From NCBI GenBank assembly GCA_002697475.1, contig NZVW01000073.1, forward strand, positions 1 to 39,724: a stretch of 39,724 nucleotides of DNA, written 5' to 3'. Under the pieces are notes generated by a model, which saw nothing but the letters and a program-made list of their open reading frames with translations, had not been told where the DNA came from and did no database searches. Position 1 is the stretch's first letter, and each line of letters begins with the position of its first letter. A program made the position numbers and the translations under genes. Origin of the DNA: Aquimarina sp. (GTDB taxonomy: Bacteria > Bacteroidota > Bacteroidia > Flavobacteriales > Flavobacteriaceae). Shown in pieces: positions 1-9,296 of this stretch.

Positions 1-1
1 C

Positions 2-853
2 ATTCATCAGGATATGAAAAATACCTATTTAGGAGAAAACTACAGTATTTATGGCCATTTAAACTTCTATTTTTTTCAGAGAAACCTTCAATTCAGAGTG
101 GGTCAGGGAATTGCTATTACCACAAATCCGTATGACAGAAATACAAATTATATTAACAATGCTTATGGATCCAGATTACTGAGCTCAACATATCTTAAAA
201 TTAATTATAAGAAAAATAATATTATAGAGAATTTAGGACTGGAAACAGGTGTTTCGATTATTCATTATTCTAATGCCAGTTCTAAAGCCCCAAACAATAG
301 TACAAATACATTTACTTTTAATCTAGGTCTTAATTATACTTTTAATGACAACCAGGAGATAAAGAGGTACTCTGGCAAAAAGGATATTAAATACACTGAA
401 CCTATTTCTTATACTTTTGCCTTCAGGATGGGTGTTAATGAAACAGATGTAATAGGTTCAGGTCAGTTTCCTTTCTATACATTATCAGCATATGCGAGTA
501 AGAGAATAAACAAAAAGAGTTCTCTTCAGTTAGGGACTGATGTTTTTTTTGCAGAGTTTTTGAAAGAGTACGTCAGGTATCAGTCCATAGCATTTCCTGA
601 GGAAGGTATTGGCGGTGATGAGGACTGGAAACGTGTAGGGTTGATAGTTGGACATGAATTGCATATTGGGGATTTATCATTGCTTACACAACTTGGTTTT
701 TATTTGATTTACCCGTTTGAGTATCAGGGGCGGATATATAACCGAATTGGATTACAGTATACTGTATATAAGGATATCTTTGTTGCAGCAACAGTGAAGT
801 CGCATGGTGCTACTGCAGAGGGAGTAGAATTCGGAGTAGGCATTAAAATTTAA
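2..853 (+). CDS. Acyloxyacyl hydrolase / lipid A 3-O-deacylase (PagL-like) outer-membrane protein, 5'-truncated by the window edge
   Basis: The frame is open from base 2 (IHQD-MKN), so the true start is probably upstream. It carries the PagL-like HYSNA motif, amphipathic beta-strand patterning and a C-terminal EFGVGIKI strand. Confidence 0.65.
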   Translation: MHQDMKNTYLGENYSIYGHLNFYFFQRNLQFRVGQGIAITTNPYDRNTNYINNAYGSRLLSSTYLKINYKKNNIIENLGLETGVSIIHYSNASSKAPNNSTNTFTFNLGLNYTFNDNQEIKRYSGKKDIKYTEPISYTFAFRMGVNETDVIGSGQFPFYTLSAYASKRINKKSSLQLGTDVFFAEFLKEYVRYQSIAFPEEGIGGDEDWKRVGLIVGHELHIGDLSLLTQLGFYLIYPFEYQGRIYNRIGLQYTVYKDIFVAATVKSHGATAEGVEFGVGIKI

Positions 854-859
854 AATTCT

Positions 860-1612
860 ATGAAAGTATTAATTAGTGTAGTATTTATTTTTTTGATGTT
901 TACGGCTTGCGATACCGAGAATGCTTGGGATTGTGCTCAAACTTCAGGTCCGATTATTTCACAGTCCATAGAAGTACCTGATTTTGATAAAATAAGTGTA
1001 TTACAGAGGTCGCAACTTGTAATTAGACAAGGAGTAAAAAATGTTATTATTGAAACCGGAGAAAATTTATTGGAAGATGTAGCTGTTTTTGTTGAAAATG
1101 GGACTTTAATAATCGATAATAAAAATGCCTGCAATTTGATTAGAGACTACGGGGTAACAAAAGTTACAGTAACTACACCAGTACTGACAGAAATTAGAAA
1201 CGCTAGTGGTTTAACAGTTATTGGAGATGGTGCACTAAGTTTTAGTGAATTAACATTGAGATCTGAGGATTTAGAAGAGGAAGATTTATATAGAAAAGTG
1301 GGGGATTTTGATTTGACTTTGGACGTTGATTTTCTAAATATAATTACCAATGGAAAATCAAACTTTTTTTTAGATGGAAGAGTAGATGAAATGGATATTA
1401 ATTTTTTAGACGGGGATAATAGGTGTGAATGTGATTCATTATTATTGAATAGGGCAACAATTTTTCATCGAGGAACTAATGACATTTTTATTGCTCCTAT
1501 TCAGGAAGTCACCGGCGAGTTGAGAAGTACAGGTAATCTAGTTCTGAGTAGTAGACCCATCTCCGTGGATGTTCAGGAATTATATAAGGGGAGAGTAATA
1601 TATAATGATTAA
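860..1612 (+). CDS. DUF2807 / head GIN domain lipoprotein
   Basis: Lipobox FTAC-D. The segments 'VPDFDKISV' and 'IETGENLLEDVAVFVENGTLII' and the beta-helix-like repeats are typical of this Bacteroidota family. Confidence 0.75.
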   Translation: MKVLISVVFIFLMFTACDTENAWDCAQTSGPIISQSIEVPDFDKISVLQRSQLVIRQGVKNVIIETGENLLEDVAVFVENGTLIIDNKNACNLIRDYGVTKVTVTTPVLTEIRNASGLTVIGDGALSFSELTLRSEDLEEEDLYRKVGDFDLTLDVDFLNIITNGKSNFFLDGRVDEMDINFLDGDNRCECDSLLLNRATIFHRGTNDIFIAPIQEVTGELRSTGNLVLSSRPISVDVQELYKGRVIYND

Positions 1613-1624
1613 TAGAGGTTAAAA

Positions 1625-2416
1625 TTACTGCTTATTTAAATTCCAGTCGTATTCTAAATATTCAATGTTGGCATCAATATTTATTTTGGTGTTGGTATAC
1701 TGATTTATATATGCTATAACAGAGTTCGTAGAAGGTGTTTTATAATCTTTCTCATACCACTTAAAAATATGGGACAATTTCACACTAGTTGAAGAGATCC
1801 TATTTTTATCGGAGTTTATAAACTCACTGGCAGCTTCGTCTAACTGTTCGTTAATAGACGTAGGAGTGTAAGCTTTATTCATAAGTTTAGGGCATGAAAT
1901 GGAGGCACAATTAATAGCAAAATGTATTCTAGGCTCGTCCATTTTTCTAAGTACTCCATTCTCAATTCCTCCTAAAGACATGGTTCTGTTACCCACTGGC
2001 ACAATGGCTTTTGTCCAGGCTCCATTTATATCTTTTATACTTTTTACAGGATAATTTTTGATAATAAGGTCTACAGTATAGGCATTATAAAGATTGATAT
2101 AATAGGCTAATAACTCCTGAACCTGCCATTCTTCGTTTGGAGGATTTGAAGATAAAGCAGTTAAATAAGTAGTGAGCTGCTCCTGATCATTTTTAAATCC
2201 TTCGTAATCTACTAACCCATCATCTGATACATGCTTTTGTAATAAATCAGTCCAAAGCTGATGATCAACTTTTGCTGATATATCTTCTTGCAGATTAACC
2301 AGATTTTCAGGGACCTCCTTAACAGGCTGCCCCTGACTGGATATTCCGGCTGCAGTTAAAAGTGCACAGTTTTGAAACAATACTAAAATTCCAATAAAGT
2401 ATAATATTAACCGCAT
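1625..2416 (-). CDS. DUF547 domain lipoprotein
   Basis: Motifs 'LAYYINLYNA', 'EPRIHFAINCASISCP', 'LSHIFKWY' and 'YDWNLN'. The hydrophobic N-terminus ends in LFQNC. Confidence 0.85.
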   Translation of the reverse strand: MRLILYFIGILVLFQNCALLTAAGISSQGQPVKEVPENLVNLQEDISAKVDHQLWTDLLQKHVSDDGLVDYEGFKNDQEQLTTYLTALSSNPPNEEWQVQELLAYYINLYNAYTVDLIIKNYPVKSIKDINGAWTKAIVPVGNRTMSLGGIENGVLRKMDEPRIHFAINCASISCPKLMNKAYTPTSINEQLDEAASEFINSDKNRISSTSVKLSHIFKWYEKDYKTPSTNSVIAYINQYTNTKINIDANIEYLEYDWNLNKQ

Positions 2417-2452
2417 GTTTTTATCTTTTAATTTAGTTTAATGAAAATTTTC

Positions 2453-3421
2453 TTAGCAACACCCACCACCATCATAGTGAAAAGTAGATTCGCTGATAAA
2501 AATATCCTCTCTTCCTAAATCTGATAATGCTTTAGCAGTTTTATCACAAACAGCGATAGGCTGATTTTTTAACAGCACATGTCCCTTTTTATCGTCAAAA
2601 TAATCTTGATCTCCATAATATATTGCGGCTTTACCGGTAAATACACAAGGACCATCCTCTGGCATAGGGTCTTTAATTGCTGCCACCTCTATAGATTCAA
2701 TGTAGATTAGTTCTTCTGTTGGATAATTTTTCGGGTCTAAAATTCTGTATGGCTTTCTTGCTCTGATCTCAATAGTTCCGAAACCTACGTCAGTTAGGGC
2801 TTTTACATAGTCATTGATAGGTAAACTTCCACTTAGGCAAAGTGCTCTTAAACGCTCATCGTTTCTTAAAGTGTCATTCATGGATTGCTCACAAGTAGGA
2901 TCACTCATCACTAGTCTTCCGTGAGGTTTTAGAACTCTATACATTTCTTCGATTGCCTTTTTTAAATCTTCTTCTTTAAAAATGTTGAAAAGACAATTTT
3001 GAGCAGCTACGTCTATGCTGTTGTCATCCACAGGAAGATTCAGTGCGTCTCCATATCTAAGATCAACAAATTCACTATTAAACCAATCATTCTGTGCTTC
3101 TGCCTCTTTGAAATTTTTTCTGGAGGCATCTAACATTTCCTGAACGACATCGACTCCGATGACCCCGTGTTTTTGTCTTGAAAAATAAGAGAATTGCAAT
3201 AGCTCCATTCCTCCGCCGACACCAACATATAGAATTTTAGGATTATTAGTTAAATCTCTGGCATGTACGGTACTACCACAACCATAATTCATTTCCTGCA
3301 TTATCTTTGGGATTTTTAGTCCTGGTAGTTCCCATATAGGGTTGGTGGTGCAGCAAAGACCTACGTCTGGAGTCAAAGCAGCTTCTTTATAAACGTCGTG
3401 TGTAGTATTTAAATAACTCAT
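2453..3421 (-). CDS. arsM: Arsenite S-adenosylmethionine methyltransferase, arsenosugar-biosynthesis type
   Basis: Class I SAM-binding motif LYVGVGGG, ArsM-like cysteines (GLCC, NYGCG, AQNCLFN, ALCLSG), a C-terminal GGGCC, and position in an operon with arsS. Confidence 0.85.
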   Translation of the reverse strand: MSYLNTTHDVYKEAALTPDVGLCCTTNPIWELPGLKIPKIMQEMNYGCGSTVHARDLTNNPKILYVGVGGGMELLQFSYFSRQKHGVIGVDVVQEMLDASRKNFKEAEAQNDWFNSEFVDLRYGDALNLPVDDNSIDVAAQNCLFNIFKEEDLKKAIEEMYRVLKPHGRLVMSDPTCEQSMNDTLRNDERLRALCLSGSLPINDYVKALTDVGFGTIEIRARKPYRILDPKNYPTEELIYIESIEVAAIKDPMPEDGPCVFTGKAAIYYGDQDYFDDKKGHVLLKNQPIAVCDKTAKALSDLGREDIFISESTFHYDGGGCC

Positions 3422-3496
3422 TTTTTAAATTCAGTATTTGTAATGTAGTTAAATATAAACCAGATCTTATTAAAAATGGTGATTAGTTTAACTTTT

Positions 3497-4309
3497 CTAC
3501 ATGGATTTGATTAATTCTCTAAAAAGTGTGATCATCTGTGGCTCAGCCTTATTAGCCATAGCAATGATTTCTTCAATATTTATAGGTTCAAGATTTTCAG
3601 GGTCACATTCGTCAGTTAATACAGAAACCGCAGCTACCGGTAAATCAAGATGATTTGCAACAATAACTTCAGGTACAGTACTCATTCCTACAGCATCTGC
3701 GCCAATAACCTTTAAATATCTATATTCTGCGCGGGTTTCTAATTGAGGGCCTACAACAGATGCGTAAACACCATTGTGCAGTTTTATATTATTATCCTTA
3801 GCTATTTTTTTAAGGGATTCATTAATAGTTTTATCGTAAGGAGCACTCATATCCGTAAAACGACTTCCTAATTGTTCTACTCCTTTAAATGCTAAGGGAG
3901 AACCTCCTTGTAAATTAATATGGTCATCAATGAGCATTAACTCACCTTTATTAAAATCAAGGTTAATGGCACCGGAGGCATTTGATACCAATAAAGTTTT
4001 AACTCCAAGTTTATGCATGATTCTTACGGGGTAAGTTACATCTTGTAAGGTATACCCTTCGTATAGGTGAAACCTACCTTGCATTACAACAACTTTTTTA
4101 CCTTCCAGGTTACCGTAAATAAGCCTTCCTTTATGAAATTCTACTGTTGCAGTAGGAAAGTTAGGGATATGATTATAACTCACCTCTTTAATTACTTCAA
4201 TATGGTCAATTAGCTGGCCTAGCCCGGTTCCTAAAATTATACCTATTTCGGGTTTGTCAAATCCTTTTTCAATAAGATAATCTGTGGTATCTTCAATAAG
4301 TTTAATCAT
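3497..4309 (-). CDS. punA: Purine nucleoside phosphorylase (trimeric, PunA/XapA type)
   Basis: Motifs GIILGTGLG, MQGRFHLYEG, DHINL, GPQLETRAE and GADAVGMSTVPE. Its start overlaps the upstream gene's end by 8 bp. Confidence 0.92.
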   Translation of the reverse strand: MIKLIEDTTDYLIEKGFDKPEIGIILGTGLGQLIDHIEVIKEVSYNHIPNFPTATVEFHKGRLIYGNLEGKKVVVMQGRFHLYEGYTLQDVTYPVRIMHKLGVKTLLVSNASGAINLDFNKGELMLIDDHINLQGGSPLAFKGVEQLGSRFTDMSAPYDKTINESLKKIAKDNNIKLHNGVYASVVGPQLETRAEYRYLKVIGADAVGMSTVPEVIVANHLDLPVAAVSVLTDECDPENLEPINIEEIIAMANKAEPQMITLFRELIKSM

Positions 4310-4919
4310 TGTTTGTATAAAATTTTTTAAATATAATATTGTCTTTTATATCATCATAGGTGTCTATATCATTTCTTTCAGAAAGCAATTCGATTCTATC
4401 GTTTTTTAAATCCTGCAATGTGCTTTTTAAAACGGTATTGGTACCCCAATCTTTATTTTGAAATAATTTTTTGTTTTTCAATGACTTCATGCCCAAAAGA
4501 TAATAGCCACCGTCTTTAGCTGGACCCAGAACAAAATCATTATTTCTCAGGCAATCAAAAGCAGTTTGAATGTCATTGGTTGTCAGGTCGTACATATCGC
4601 TACCAATAACAATGATATTCTCATATTCTGCGTTAAACCCGTCCTGAAATGCATTCAGCATTCTTTCTCCTAAGTCATTTCCTGCTTGGATTTGTTTTTT
4701 ATAGATATGATCGCTCCAAATATCGTTTACGGCAATAGATTCTGAATAATAAACTCTTTTCGAGCAATTGAGATCTTTTGTAATATTTACGGTATGCTGC
4801 AATAAGAATTTATAAATCTCTAATGCAGCATTATCACCTATCGTTTTTCCTAATCTTGTTTTGCACTTACCTAGTTCAGGGTTTCGGGTAAATATGATAA
4901 GTAGGTTTTTATTTTTCAA
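4302..4919 (-). CDS. TIGR04282/DUF2064 family GT-A fold transferase (CofC-like), arsenosugar-associated
   Basis: Motifs 'FTRNPELGKCKTRL', 'QAGNDLGERM', 'IGSD', 'LGPAKDGGYYLLGM' and 'DIDTYDD'. TTG start. Confidence 0.85.
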   Translation of the reverse strand: MKNKNLLIIFTRNPELGKCKTRLGKTIGDNAALEIYKFLLQHTVNITKDLNCSKRVYYSESIAVNDIWSDHIYKKQIQAGNDLGERMLNAFQDGFNAEYENIIVIGSDMYDLTTNDIQTAFDCLRNNDFVLGPAKDGGYYLLGMKSLKNKKLFQNKDWGTNTVLKSTLQDLKNDRIELLSERNDIDTYDDIKDNIIFKKFYTNND

Positions 4920-4921
4920 TA

Positions 4922-5410
4922 TTAATATACTTTAATTCCGTTTTGCACCCACTTGCTCCATTTCTTAGAAAAAGTATGAATGCTATCTGTGATTTTATTA
5001 TTGTTTACAATCTCAAGATTGTGATTTTTCCATTCAAATATTCCTCCGTATAGATTTAAAACATTGGGATAGCCATATTCTTTAATTTTTTCACCAATAT
5101 TTTCTGAACGAATACCAAGACTACAATACACAACAATAGTTGAGGTTCTAGGAATTTTTAGACTATCTAATTTTTGTAATGAAAAGTTGTTATAGCCTAC
5201 ATATTTAGCTTTAGGTATGTGACTAATTTCAAACTCTTCCTTTTCTCTAGCATCTAATATGACCACCGAGTCTTTTATTTTATGAAGATCTGAGATAGTG
5301 ATATAAGGTACGGAGCCTTTATTAAACTTTTCAAGAAGCTTATCTAGGGAATTTTGAGCAATACAAAATTGTCCTGTGATCAGAAATAAAAATAAAAATG
5401 ATTTCATCAT
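4922..5410 (-). CDS. Exported single-domain rhodanese-like protein
   Basis: Motifs 'LDAREKEEFEISHIPKA', active-site loop YCSLGIRS and 'NLYGGIFEW'. Signal peptide ends in CIA-Q. Confidence 0.88.
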   Translation of the reverse strand: MMKSFLFLFLITGQFCIAQNSLDKLLEKFNKGSVPYITISDLHKIKDSVVILDAREKEEFEISHIPKAKYVGYNNFSLQKLDSLKIPRTSTIVVYCSLGIRSENIGEKIKEYGYPNVLNLYGGIFEWKNHNLEIVNNNKITDSIHTFSKKWSKWVQNGIKVY

Positions 5411-5413
5411 TAG

Positions 5414-6481
5414 CTACGCAACAGTTCCCTGACAGCTACTTCCGGCACCGGCCGTACATCCATAACAGTGTTGAGAAATTATGATGTTTCTGTCATTTAA
5501 TATATCTTCATTATATTCGCTTATATGTTTAATCTTGCTGGCTACTTTAAGACCTAGCATTTGATTAAAATCGCAGTCATACAGCCATCCATCCCAGCTT
5601 ACAGAAATAGTGTTGGTACACATAACATTTTCTACTGCTGCAGGATTGTAAGCCTCAACTAATGCATACATATAGTCCTCATAGTTATCAGAAGCGATTA
5701 AATAGTCTAAAAACCTACTGATAGGGAGGTTTGTTATTGCAAAAAGATTATGAAAATGAATTCCGAAATCTTCTAAAAGAGCTTTTTTAAAGTCTTTTTC
5801 CATAGAAGTTTGGTCACCAGGTAAAAACGCACCTGAAGGGTTATATACCAAATCTAATCTTAAGTCGCTATCAGGCATTCCATAACCTCTTTCATTAAGT
5901 TCTTGCAATGCCTTAATGGAAGCGTCAAAAACTCCATTTCCTCTTTGTTTATCTGTTTTTCCTCTTGTCCAATGAGGCATAGATGAAACTACATGAACAT
6001 TATATTTTTTAAAGAAGTCTGGTAGGTCATAGTACTTTTTATTTGCTCTTATAATTGTCAAATTGCTGCGTACAATAAAGTCTTTGATACCTGCTTTGCT
6101 TGCTTCTTCAACAAACCATCTAAAGTTAGGGTTCATCTCAGGAGCTCCTCCGGTTAAATCTAAAGTGTGTGCTCCTGTATTTTTAATGACATCAAGACAC
6201 TGTTGCATCGTTTCTTTAGTCATAATTTCTTTACGATCAGGCCCGGCATCCACGTGACAATGTTCACATACCTGATTACACATATAACCAACATTGATTT
6301 GTAAAATCTCTAACTTTTTAGGTTTTAAAGGCAGTTGCCCGGATTCAGAAATTTTGTCAGCAAATTTTGGAAGTTCCCCGTTTGCGAAGATTCCATTATT
6401 TAAAATTTCCAATTGTCTTTTGGCATCAGCCAATTGATCATTTCTTTTATGTAAGGATTGCTTTTTTTTAATTTCTGACAT
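5414..6481 (-). CDS. arsS: Radical SAM arsenosugar biosynthesis protein (radical SAM / Cys-rich DUF3641), cysteine form
   Basis: CxxxCxxC motif CNQVCEHC, LTGGAPE, and a Cys-rich tail (VMC, YDCDFNQML, HCYGCTAGAGSSC). ATG at 6481 preferred over the TTG at 6493. Confidence 0.9.
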   Translation of the reverse strand: MSEIKKKQSLHKRNDQLADAKRQLEILNNGIFANGELPKFADKISESGQLPLKPKKLEILQINVGYMCNQVCEHCHVDAGPDRKEIMTKETMQQCLDVIKNTGAHTLDLTGGAPEMNPNFRWFVEEASKAGIKDFIVRSNLTIIRANKKYYDLPDFFKKYNVHVVSSMPHWTRGKTDKQRGNGVFDASIKALQELNERGYGMPDSDLRLDLVYNPSGAFLPGDQTSMEKDFKKALLEDFGIHFHNLFAITNLPISRFLDYLIASDNYEDYMYALVEAYNPAAVENVMCTNTISVSWDGWLYDCDFNQMLGLKVASKIKHISEYNEDILNDRNIIISQHCYGCTAGAGSSCQGTVA

Positions 6482-6566
6482 TTTATTGTTCAAATTTTAG
6501 ATTTGGGGTCGATTGTGTTTATTTCTTAATAAACCCATTATGGCAAAGCTGTTAAAGGATACGGAA

Positions 6567-6902
6567 TTACATTTCCAACTTATTTACTTTATTCATCATC
6601 ATGACACCGTGTACCAAGGTAGCACCACTTTTTATAGCAGCACCCACATGTATTGCTTCCATCATTTCTTCTTTAGTTACTCCCCTTTGTAAAGTGTCTT
6701 TAGTATATGCATCAATACAATATGGACATTGTTCTGTATGTGCAACAGCTAAAGCGATAAGAGCTTTTTCTCTTGCTGTCAATGCGCCTTCTTCAAAAAC
6801 TTTTCCGTAATAATCAAAAAACTTTTTACCTAATTCTTCACTCCATTCCGTAATATTCCCAAACTTTCTTAAGTCTGAAGGGTCATAGTATGTTTTAGAC
6901 AT
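6567..6902 (-). CDS. AhpD/carboxymuconolactone-decarboxylase family peroxidase-like protein, arsenosugar-associated
   Basis: CMD motif 'LTAREKALIALAVAHTEQCPYCIDAY' with CxxC. First gene of the arsS operon. Confidence 0.85.
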   Translation of the reverse strand: MSKTYYDPSDLRKFGNITEWSEELGKKFFDYYGKVFEEGALTAREKALIALAVAHTEQCPYCIDAYTKDTLQRGVTKEEMMEAIHVGAAIKSGATLVHGVMMMNKVNKLEM

Positions 6903-7136
6903 ATATACTTTAGATTAATTAATTGTTAGTTCGTCGTATCTTAAATTTCAGCCTTACACAAGAATAAAATAATTTATTATTAAAGTTGAAATATAATAAA
7001 CAATATTTTTAAAGATAAGGTTTTAAACTTAAAATCAAATATTTGTGTAAAACGTATAATTTTTAAAAAATAATGGAGAAAAACCTTAATTTAGACAAAG
7101 AATTGTCTTACAAATTAAGAATTAGAAATAGGGGTT

Positions 7137-8144
7137 ATGAGAAAAAAGGTTACCTTAAAACAACTTGCAAAAGAATTAAATTTATCAATTTCAACTGTTT
7201 CTAAATCATTAAAAAATGATCCTGAGATTAGTCAAAAGACTATTAATAGAGTACACGAGCTTGCTGATTTTTATAATTACAAACCTAATGCCTTAGCGGT
7301 AAGTCTGAAGAGTAGCAGGACTAAAACGATTGGAGTAATATTGCCAGAAATATTAAATCATTTTTTCGCTAAAGCATTATATGGTATAGAAAAAGAAGCT
7401 TCTAATCATGGGTACAAAATTTTAACCTGTATCACTAATGAGTCTTATGACAAGGAGGTGGAGTATGTTGAAATGCTTAATTATAGTAGTGTTGACGGGT
7501 TTATCGTTGCCTTAAGTGAAGAAACCCAGGTGCTTAATAAATTTGACCATTATGCTGCGCTTAAAAGAGATAAGGTGCCCATGGTGATGTTTGACAGAGT
7601 TATTGATGAGATTGACTGCGATAAAGTAATTGTAGACGACGAAAATGCATCTAAGAATGCGGTACAGTATCTTATTGATTCAGGCTGCTCCAAAATAGGT
7701 TTAATTACTACCATAGGGGATTTAAGTGTTGCTAAGCATAGAATTCAAGGAGCTAAAGCTGCGGTAGCAGATAAGGACGTTGAGTTGCACGAATTTAAAT
7801 TGAAAGGAGCATCTCGTGCTGAAGAAGAAATTTTAGCATTTCTAAAGAGTACAGATCTGGATGCCGTTCTGGGACTAGATGAAACTTCAGCTGCAGTAAC
7901 AATAAATAGTTGTCATAGGTTAGGGTATAAAATACCCAAAGATATATCTGTAATTGGTTTTACAGATGGATTGTTGTCTAAGCATTCTTTTCCTAAGCTT
8001 TCTACAGTTTCCCAACATGCTGAAGATCTTGGTGAAAGGGCTGTACAGGTTCTGATTAATAATATAGAAAATGACGATGAGAAGTATGTTCCTAAAACCC
8101 AAATAGTAAAAACATCTTTAATACTTAGAGATTCGACCAATTGA
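7137..8144 (+). CDS. LacI family transcriptional regulator
   Basis: HTH 'VTLKQLAKELNLSISTVSKSL', hinge YKPNALAVSL, and sugar-binding domain motif IPKDISVIGF. Confidence 0.95.
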   Translation: MRKKVTLKQLAKELNLSISTVSKSLKNDPEISQKTINRVHELADFYNYKPNALAVSLKSSRTKTIGVILPEILNHFFAKALYGIEKEASNHGYKILTCITNESYDKEVEYVEMLNYSSVDGFIVALSEETQVLNKFDHYAALKRDKVPMVMFDRVIDEIDCDKVIVDDENASKNAVQYLIDSGCSKIGLITTIGDLSVAKHRIQGAKAAVADKDVELHEFKLKGASRAEEEILAFLKSTDLDAVLGLDETSAAVTINSCHRLGYKIPKDISVIGFTDGLLSKHSFPKLSTVSQHAEDLGERAVQVLINNIENDDEKYVPKTQIVKTSLILRDSTN

Positions 8145-8186
8145 TTACTAATCAATTTTCGATAAATAATGTTGATGAAAAAATGG

Positions 8187-9218
8187 TTAATCACCCGTAC
8201 TTTCTCTGAAGACAATTTTTGTTTCCAGGGTAATTACTCTTTTCTTATGCTTTTCATCAGATTCATCCTTTAATTGATCTATTAAGAGCTCTGCTGACTT
8301 TTGTCCCATTTCAAAACTGGGTTGAGCTACACAGGTTAAAGAGGGCACAAAAACTTTACCTACTCCAAGATCACCAAAACCTATTACTTCTACATCCTTG
8401 GGAATATTATAATTTAATTTTGTTAATATTTTCATACTCATCATGCCATAATTATCAGTGACCGTAAATACAGCATCGGGTCTTTTTTTTAAGTTTTTGA
8501 AGTATTTGCTTATCTCAAGGTCTTCTTCCTCTCTATCCAGAGAATTACAATGCAGAATAAGATCTTCATCGATTGGAATATTATACTTTTTCATTGCTTC
8601 CAGATAACCGCTATATCTGTCTTGGAAAACTTTTTTATCCTTAATGCCTCCAATAAAGACAATTTTCTTTTTTCCTTTTTTTATGAAATATTCAACAGCC
8701 GAAAAAGAAGCTTTATTGTCGTCAATAAGTACATGATCCGCACCGGAAACTTCTTCTTTAATGTTGTCAAAAAGTACGGTAGGAATACCTTTATTAATAA
8801 TGCTTCTAATATGAGAAAATGTTTCGGTTTCGTGAGATGGACATAAAATGATCCCGTCGACTAATCCTTTTTCAAAAAACGAAAGGTTTTCTTGCTCTGA
8901 TTCAAATGAGGTTCTTGAGGAACTAATTAATATTTTATAATTGTGTTTACTTACATAATGGTCAATTCCTCTACATACTTCGATAAAGAAAGATTCATCG
9001 TATCTGGGGATAATTACTCCTATTAAGTTGGTCTTACCAGAACTTAAACTTTTGGCAATTTGGTTAGGCATATACCCCATGGCTTTGGCCATTCTAAATA
9101 CTTTTTCACGAGTACTGGGTTTAACTCTTGGACTTTCATCAAGAGCTCTCGAAACAGTAGCTATTGAAATGTTAAGTTTTCTGGCAATATCCTCAAGTTT
9201 TACCCTTCTTTTTTTCAA
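8187..9218 (-). CDS. LacI family transcriptional regulator
   Basis: HTH 'LEDIARKLNISIATVSRAL', hinge YMPNQIAKSL, IPKDVEVIGF and PSLTCVAQP. TTG start. Divergent from the GH13 gene. Confidence 0.95.
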   Translation of the reverse strand: MKKRRVKLEDIARKLNISIATVSRALDESPRVKPSTREKVFRMAKAMGYMPNQIAKSLSSGKTNLIGVIIPRYDESFFIEVCRGIDHYVSKHNYKILISSSRTSFESEQENLSFFEKGLVDGIILCPSHETETFSHIRSIINKGIPTVLFDNIKEEVSGADHVLIDDNKASFSAVEYFIKKGKKKIVFIGGIKDKKVFQDRYSGYLEAMKKYNIPIDEDLILHCNSLDREEEDLEISKYFKNLKKRPDAVFTVTDNYGMMSMKILTKLNYNIPKDVEVIGFGDLGVGKVFVPSLTCVAQPSFEMGQKSAELLIDQLKDESDEKHKKRVITLETKIVFRESTGD

Positions 9219-9278
9219 ATCTTTAAGTTTTAGGTTAAATAATTGTTATTGAATTTATGGTTTTCGTAAAAATACAAT

Positions 9279-9296
9279 AATACAAACGTTTGTATT
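9279..9296. promoter_or_regulatory. LacI-type operator (perfect 18-bp palindrome AATACAAACGTTTGTATT)
   Basis: Perfect palindrome with the central CG and A/T flanks typical of LacI-family operators, located between the divergent lacI and GH13 genes. Confidence 0.7.

Noticed and set aside
2453-6902. Selenocysteine recoding in ArsS, ArsM or the AhpD-like protein
   Set aside because: All three frames are complete with Cys at the motif positions and end in TAA or TAG, with no in-frame TGA.
8139-8157. Palindrome AATTGATTA-C-TAATCAATT between the convergent lacI genes
   Set aside because: It is almost all A/T, too weak to call as a terminator, and plausible by chance.
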